Shown here: one piece after another, positions 58,727-64,000 of the stretch
How the letters are laid out: the number at the start of each line of letters is the position of its first letter
How positions within the stretch are numbered: the first letter of the stretch is position 1
Assembly: GCA_963709485.1 (NCBI GenBank)
Contig: CAVPWE010000006.1
Coordinates: 11,550-75,549 of the forward strand
Length of the DNA: 64,000 nt
DNA from: an uncultured delta proteobacterium
Lineage (GTDB): Bacteria > Desulfobacterota > Syntrophia > Syntrophales > Fen-1087
Reading direction: 5' to 3'
Position numbers and translations under genes: made by a program
The notes under the pieces: model-generated
Seen by the model: the letters and a program-made list of their open reading frames with translations, nothing else
Databases searched by the model: none
Told to the model about the DNA's origin: nothing

Positions 58727-60889
58727 TCAAATTCCGCCGACATATTTGCCGATGATCCTGAGGTCGCCGGATGCGACATCCTTCAGAAGAATCGTTTCAT
58801 ATTCCGGGTTTTCCGGCTCCAGCAGGATTTCCGGATAACGGAAAATTTTTCCCGCGCCGATGCGCTTGGAAAAGTGACAGCGCCGGATGGTGACGCCTTC
58901 TCCCAGGTCCGGATCATCAATGCCCCGGTTCATTACCATCAGGATCAGGCCGTCCGGCACGGCCGGAACATCGCTATCAAAGACGGCCAGGCTTCCTTCA
59001 GCCATGACAGGCGCCATGGACCGGCCCTGGATCTGTGTGACAAACATCGTTTTTTTCGGCTTGTGGTCCATCGCCGCTTCCATCCATCCCTCTTCCTTGA
59101 CAACGCCGCCACTGCCGAATTTTTCGGCTGCCGTCGCGATCGTGTAAAAGGGCAGATAGCGGGTAAACCGCTCTTTCTTCGGCGGGGCAACAGCCAGCAT
59201 CAGGGGCTGTTTTTCCCGCTGGGGCTGTCTATAAAATCCGCTCCGCTCAATGGCCGGCGCTTTGTCGCCTTCCAGGGGTTTGTCTCTCAGCTCCGCCATC
59301 GCCCTGAGCAGTTCACGGGCCTCTTTCAGCAGGACATCTTCAGCGCTCCGGATCGTTTTTTCCGGTTTTCCGTCGACTTCGGTCCAGAAAGGGTCGGAAA
59401 TGACCGGCTTGATGCCGCCGGTATGGACAAAAGAAAGCAGCTCGGCCAGCGATTGGCTTTTTTCCCCCTGTCTCAGAATGGTTTGTTCGTCGAAACCTGC
59501 AGCGATGAGGTTCTGATCGAACAGCGTGGCGTGCCTGGACCGCGCAATGTCGCACAGCGCCGACCTCACAAGGATGCTTTTTCCCTTCTCCTCAAGCTTG
59601 CGCAGGGCGGTCCGCTGAAGGACCTGGCGACTTTGCGTCCGGGCTTTCAGTTGATTCCGGACCAGGGCATTGAAATGCTCCCGTGCCCGCGCCTCCGCAA
59701 CGACAGAGGGCCCGCCTGCTCTCATTTTCGCGTCCGCTGCAGATGCGAGTTCCGCCAGTGTTGTCACCGGCCTGATCTCTTCCGCGCCGAGATCATAATA
59801 GGCCGCCACAGGGACGGGCGCCTCAGCGGCGAATCGGACCAAAGGAATTTGGCAGGACTCCGGTGCCTTCAGTGCCGCGATGCCCTGCAGAAGAGCATTC
59901 AGGAGGGAGTCCCCAAAACTGAGCAGGCTCAGCGTTTCGGGGTGACGGTCGAAGATCTCCCGGTAAAAAGTGACCGCAATCCGCTTTCCCTGCCAGCGCA
60001 GAATCCAGGCATCGTGGATTTCCGGATGCCGTTCCCAGCAGGCCTTCAACGTTCCGGAACCGGTCAACACCGTCTCGAGTTCCGAAGCGGGCGGATATGC
60101 CGGACCACCCGGTAATCGGTTAAAATCCCGCAGGAATTGGAAAAAAAGCTTTTCCCTCAGGGTGGGGTCAATTTCGGGCCGGACGAGCGCGACATTCTCC
60201 AGGGCATCCCGAACCGGCGATTTCAGCGGCCGCAACTGAACCAGGCGATCCGCAAGAACCGAGGGAAGGGGCAAGGTCAGCCAGCCCGGCTCCCTGCCCT
60301 CCCATAGTTCCTCGAAATGCCGGCCTACCGCCTCGAGGTAAGGGGCGCTTTCATCCCAGGATTTAAACACGAAAAAATGCTCCGCTGTGTTCAACCATGC
60401 GAGCATGGAAACTTTCCGGCCTTCGCCGTCCGTGAAAATGCCCGTCTTTGGCACGATGCCACCGCCGGTACGCTGCGCGGAAAGGATTTTCCCGTTTTTC
60501 CGGGGCAGAAGAAGCCGAATCTGGAGTTTTTCATGGGCAGCCATCCAGGCCAGGATTTCCAGCTTCCGCCGGATCACCGGATCCTCGATGTCAAAAAGAG
60601 GCGTGAGCCTGCCGATCAGAATCCCGCTCAACTCGCGCTTATTGCGGACCACGGAGAGATCCGCCTCGTCGAAAGCGAATCCTGCCAGGATGCGCATGCT
60701 CCCGCCGTTCCTGATCAGAGGGGACAGGCCGTCAGTGGCGTCCGCCAGTGCGGAAGCGGAAAATTTTCCGATCATGCAGTCATAGCTGACGCTGAGCGAC
60801 AGGGCCGGGACAAGAAAATCCCGGACGCGGTCGTCCGACGGGCCACAGACGATGCGAAAGTCGCAGGATTTGAGAGATTCCACAGCCAT
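58727..60889 (-). CDS. Multidomain hypothetical: degenerate PLD-like N-terminus, helicase C-terminal-like region, S24/LexA-like C-terminus
   Basis: About 720 aa; SD GAGGTG; N-terminal DFLVPALS..YD...FSASAL; C-terminal IQGRSMAP...DPDLG..VTIRR...EPENPEY. Confidence 0.65.
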   Translation of the reverse strand: MAVESLKSCDFRIVCGPSDDRVRDFLVPALSLSVSYDCMIGKFSASALADATDGLSPLIRNGGSMRILAGFAFDEADLSVVRNKRELSGILIGRLTPLFDIEDPVIRRKLEILAWMAAHEKLQIRLLLPRKNGKILSAQRTGGGIVPKTGIFTDGEGRKVSMLAWLNTAEHFFVFKSWDESAPYLEAVGRHFEELWEGREPGWLTLPLPSVLADRLVQLRPLKSPVRDALENVALVRPEIDPTLREKLFFQFLRDFNRLPGGPAYPPASELETVLTGSGTLKACWERHPEIHDAWILRWQGKRIAVTFYREIFDRHPETLSLLSFGDSLLNALLQGIAALKAPESCQIPLVRFAAEAPVPVAAYYDLGAEEIRPVTTLAELASAADAKMRAGGPSVVAEARAREHFNALVRNQLKARTQSRQVLQRTALRKLEEKGKSILVRSALCDIARSRHATLFDQNLIAAGFDEQTILRQGEKSQSLAELLSFVHTGGIKPVISDPFWTEVDGKPEKTIRSAEDVLLKEARELLRAMAELRDKPLEGDKAPAIERSGFYRQPQREKQPLMLAVAPPKKERFTRYLPFYTIATAAEKFGSGGVVKEEGWMEAAMDHKPKKTMFVTQIQGRSMAPVMAEGSLAVFDSDVPAVPDGLILMVMNRGIDDPDLGEGVTIRRCHFSKRIGAGKIFRYPEILLEPENPEYETILLKDVASGDLRIIGKYVGGI

Positions 60890-60979
60890 TTCATAACACC
60901 TCAATGTCCGTATATTTTCGTGAATCCCGCGGTTTTTGTCAACGGCATTTCAAAATGTCATTTCAATTTGAAAATGCAT

Positions 60980-61011
60980 AAAAAAGGGGGTTAGAATTTC
61001 TTCTAACCCCC
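60980..61011 (-). terminator. Intrinsic terminator of the tRNA operon
   Basis: GGGGGTTAGAA / TTCTAACCCCC stem with an A-run at 60980-60985 (U-run on minus). Confidence 0.85.
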
Positions 61012-61020
61012 TCCGGTATC

Positions 61021-61097
<77 letters not shown>

Positions 61098-61156
61098 GTA
61101 CCAATCAAATTCAACGCTTACTCAATGAAACCCCAACGGCTTCATCGTAACATGCA

Positions 61157-61232
61157 TGGTAGGCGGAACAGGACTTGAACCTGTGACATCCACGGTGTAA
61201 GCGTGGCGCTCTCCCAGCTGAGCTACCCGCCC
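61157..61232 (-). tRNA. tRNA-Val (UAC)
   Basis: GGGCGGG..TAGCTCAG; anticodon arm CCACG-CTTACAC-CGTGG; GGTTCAAG; 3' ACCA. Confidence 0.97.
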
Positions 61233-61259
61233 ATCGTTCTACCTCGCGGCAGGGACTGG

Positions 61260-61288
61260 TTTCTAACAGGAACGGATGTGCTTGTCAA
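61260..61288 (-). promoter_or_regulatory. Sigma-70 promoter of the tRNA-Val/Asp operon
   Basis: TTGACA, 17 nt spacer, TAGAAA on the minus strand. Confidence 0.6.
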
Positions 61289-61292
61289 GCCT

Positions 61293-63749
61293 TTAATGAT
61301 TGACGGGGACCTGCGGCGTGTTGATCACCGGCATCACCGGCGGCGGCAGGTTCATCAGGGGTTCCACATCACAAACGTCACGCTTCACCGGCTCCGGCTC
61401 GCCTCCGGGGAGCAGGGCAATCTTCATGACCTCATCCATATGCTCCACGAATATGATTTCCAGGGCCTTGACGACATTTGCCGGGACTTCGGTCAGGTCT
61501 TTCTCGTTGTCTTTCGGTATGACGACCGTTTTGAGATTGGCGCGATGGGCCGCCAGAAGCTTCTCCTTGAGGCCGCCGATGGGAAGCACTCTGCCGCGCA
61601 GCGTGATTTCACCGGTCATGGCCAGGTCGCCGCGGACCTTTCTCTTGATGAAGGCGGACGCAATCGCCGTCGCCATGGCGATTCCGGCGGAAGGCCCGTC
61701 CTTGGGAATGGCCCCTTCCGGCATATGGATATGGATGTCCGTCTCCTTGTAAAAATTGTCCGGCAGACCGAACTGCTCCGCCCGGGCGCGAACATAGGTC
61801 AGTGCGGCCTGCACCGATTCCTGCATCACGTCGCCCAGTTTGCCGGTCATGATCATTTTGCCCGCCCCCTTCATCAGGGAAACTTCAATGGCCAGAAGCT
61901 CACCGCCCACCTCTGTCCAGGCAAGACCGACGGCCAGTCCGATGCTGTCCTTCCCTTCCGTTTCCCCGTGCCGGAATTTCGGAATACCGAGATATTTTGA
62001 CACGGTTTTCGAAGAGATCCGGATCACCCCGGCGGTGCCGTTGGTTACGATCTCACGGGCAACCTTCCTGCAGATGGAAGAGATTTCCCGCTCCATGTTC
62101 CGCACGCCTGCTTCACGGGTGTACTGGCGGATGATGGTCATAAGCGCACCTTCCGAAAAAACGATATTGTCACCGGTAAGGCCGTTCGCCTCCATGGACT
62201 TCGACACGAGAAATTTCCGGGCAATATTCATTTTTTCAGGTTCCGTGTAGCCGGCAATCCGGATGACCTCCATCCGGTCCTGGAGGGGCGCCGGAATGGT
62301 CTGGAGCACGTTGGCCGTCGTAATGAACATGACATCCGAAAGGTCATAATCCACTTCGAGATAGTTGTCGTTGAAGGCATTGTTCTGCTCCGGATCAAGG
62401 ACTTCGAGCAAAGCCGAGGAGGGGTCCCCCCGGAAATCGGAACTCAATTTGTCCACCTCATCGAGGCAGAACACGGGGTTGTTGGAACCCGCCTTTTTCA
62501 GCAACTGGATGATCTTGCCGGGCAGCGCCCCGATGTAGGTCCGGCGATGACCCCGGATTTCCGCTTCGTCCCTGACACCCCCGAGAGACAGGCGGACAAA
62601 TTTCCGGTTCGTCGCGCGGGCAACCGACTTGGCGATGGATGTTTTTCCGACGCCCGGAGGGCCGACCAGGCAAAGAATCGAGCCCTTGTTCTTCTTGATC
62701 AGCGACTGCACCGCCAGATATTCGAGAATCCGCTCTTTGACCTGTTTCAGCCCATAGTGATCCTCTTCCAGAATGGCCTCGGACTCCTTGAGGGTGTTCT
62801 TGTTCTCCGTTTTTTCAAACCAGGGCATGTCGAGCAGCCAGTCGATGTAATTGCGGGAAACTGTCGCTTCCGCAGACATCGGGGCCATCATCTGCAGTTT
62901 CTTGATCTCTGCCTTGACCTTTTTCTGGGCTTCCTCGGACATTTTTTTAGCCTTCAGCTTTTTTTCGAGCTCCGAGATCTCGCTTTTGAAATCATCCTTT
63001 TCGCCCATCTCCTTCTGGATGGCTCGCATCTGCTCGTTCAGGTAATAATCCTTCTGGGTCTTCTCCATCTGCTTCTTGACGCGCCGCTTGATCTTTTCCT
63101 CCACCTGAAGGATCTCGATCTCCCCCAGCATCAGTTCATAGATGGTCTCGAGCCGGGTGTTGACATTGACGATCTCGAGGATCCGCTGCTTGTCATCCAG
63201 CTTGATCCCGATGTGGGACACAATGACATCCGCCAGCTTGGACGCGCCTTCGATGGAGGCGATCGTTCCCACCATTTCGATATGAACCTTCTTGCTCAGC
63301 TTCACATAGGTTTCAAAGGCTTCCCGGATGCTCCGCATCAGGGCTTCCGTCTTGACGTAATCCTGGTCCTCGGTCTCCTCCTGCTCTTCGACGCTGACCA
63401 TGAAAAAATCGGGATTTGGAAGATATTCCTTGATCACGCCTCGCTGCTTGCCTTCGACCAGAACCTTGACGGTTCCGTCGGGCAGCCTGAGGAGCTGAAT
63501 GATGATGCCGAGCGTCCCGATCCGGTAGATGTCCTCTTCAAGAGGCTCATCTTTCTGCGCGCTCTTCTGCGCAACCATGAAAATTCCCTTCTCGTACTTC
63601 ATGGCGGATTCAAGCGCGGCGATCGACTTCTCACGGCCCACAAAAAGCGGCACAATCATATGGGGAAAGACGACCACGTCGCGCAGGGGCAGCAGGGGGA
63701 CGGAAATGGTCTTCTCGCCTTTATCTTTGTTCTTCATGAAATCAAACAT
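61293..63749 (-). CDS. lon: Lon protease
   Basis: [35 protein letters not shown]. Start 63749 or 63755. Confidence 0.97.
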   Translation of the reverse strand: MFDFMKNKDKGEKTISVPLLPLRDVVVFPHMIVPLFVGREKSIAALESAMKYEKGIFMVAQKSAQKDEPLEEDIYRIGTLGIIIQLLRLPDGTVKVLVEGKQRGVIKEYLPNPDFFMVSVEEQEETEDQDYVKTEALMRSIREAFETYVKLSKKVHIEMVGTIASIEGASKLADVIVSHIGIKLDDKQRILEIVNVNTRLETIYELMLGEIEILQVEEKIKRRVKKQMEKTQKDYYLNEQMRAIQKEMGEKDDFKSEISELEKKLKAKKMSEEAQKKVKAEIKKLQMMAPMSAEATVSRNYIDWLLDMPWFEKTENKNTLKESEAILEEDHYGLKQVKERILEYLAVQSLIKKNKGSILCLVGPPGVGKTSIAKSVARATNRKFVRLSLGGVRDEAEIRGHRRTYIGALPGKIIQLLKKAGSNNPVFCLDEVDKLSSDFRGDPSSALLEVLDPEQNNAFNDNYLEVDYDLSDVMFITTANVLQTIPAPLQDRMEVIRIAGYTEPEKMNIARKFLVSKSMEANGLTGDNIVFSEGALMTIIRQYTREAGVRNMEREISSICRKVAREIVTNGTAGVIRISSKTVSKYLGIPKFRHGETEGKDSIGLAVGLAWTEVGGELLAIEVSLMKGAGKMIMTGKLGDVMQESVQAALTYVRARAEQFGLPDNFYKETDIHIHMPEGAIPKDGPSAGIAMATAIASAFIKRKVRGDLAMTGEITLRGRVLPIGGLKEKLLAAHRANLKTVVIPKDNEKDLTEVPANVVKALEIIFVEHMDEVMKIALLPGGEPEPVKRDVCDVEPLMNLPPPVMPVINTPQVPVNH

Positions 63750-63763
63750 ATGCATCCTGTATT

Positions 63764-64000
63764 CTATGCGGTTTCCGACTGCTTCTCAAAAAGCAGGATC
63801 GGGTGTTCGCGGTCCAAGACCACATCCTCGCTGATGACGCATTCCCGCACGTCGCTGCGGGATGGAATATCGTACATGATCTCCAGCATCGTATTTTCCA
63901 TGATGGCGCGGAGTCCGCGCGCTCCGGCCTTCCTTTCCGCGGACAGCTTCGCGATGGCCCTGAGCGCCCCGTCCGTGAACTTGAGCCTCACCTTTTCCAG
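63764..64000 (-). CDS. clpX: ClpX ATPase C-terminus (partial)
   Basis: [19 protein letters not shown]; lies upstream of lon. Confidence 0.9.
   Translation of the reverse strand: MEKVRLKFTDGALRAIAKLSAERKAGARGLRAIMENTMLEIMYDIPSRSDVRECVISEDVVLDREHPILLFEKQSETA

Overview
GC-rich bacterial chromosomal segment. Gene content (pilSR, iorAB, UPF0280, CoA-transferase, LIV-type ABC plus acyl-CoA ligase) suggests an anaerobic Desulfobacterota genome, probably Syntrophales-like; this is inference. Most of the window is housekeeping: comEC (partial), pilS/pilR, recJ, rpmB, pfk, purN/purM, recG, kefF/kefC, hom/apgM, iorAB, cbpA, dnaE, guaB, dtd, M16/M20 peptidases, phoH-HD-ybeY, mltD, frameshifted prfB, lnt, corC, tRNA-Asp/Val, lon and clpX (partial). 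I saw no CRISPR array, transposase or integrase. Best finding: a complete phenylalanine-sensing transcription attenuator missed by the ORF track. It has a 29-aa leader containing FFAFFSFF, an antiterminator and a terminator, and sits ahead of a LIV-type ABC transporter/acyl-CoA ligase operon. It hints at an aryl-acid/Phe salvage route that may use the IorAB encoded nearby. Other oddities are a tRNA-adjacent chimera (dead PLD-like domain, helicase C-terminus lacking the motor, S24-like domain), a MerR-HTH/pseudo-cyclase regulator, a probable AUU start on corC and a long structured leader on a CoA-transferase. All family calls come from motif recognition, not database searches.
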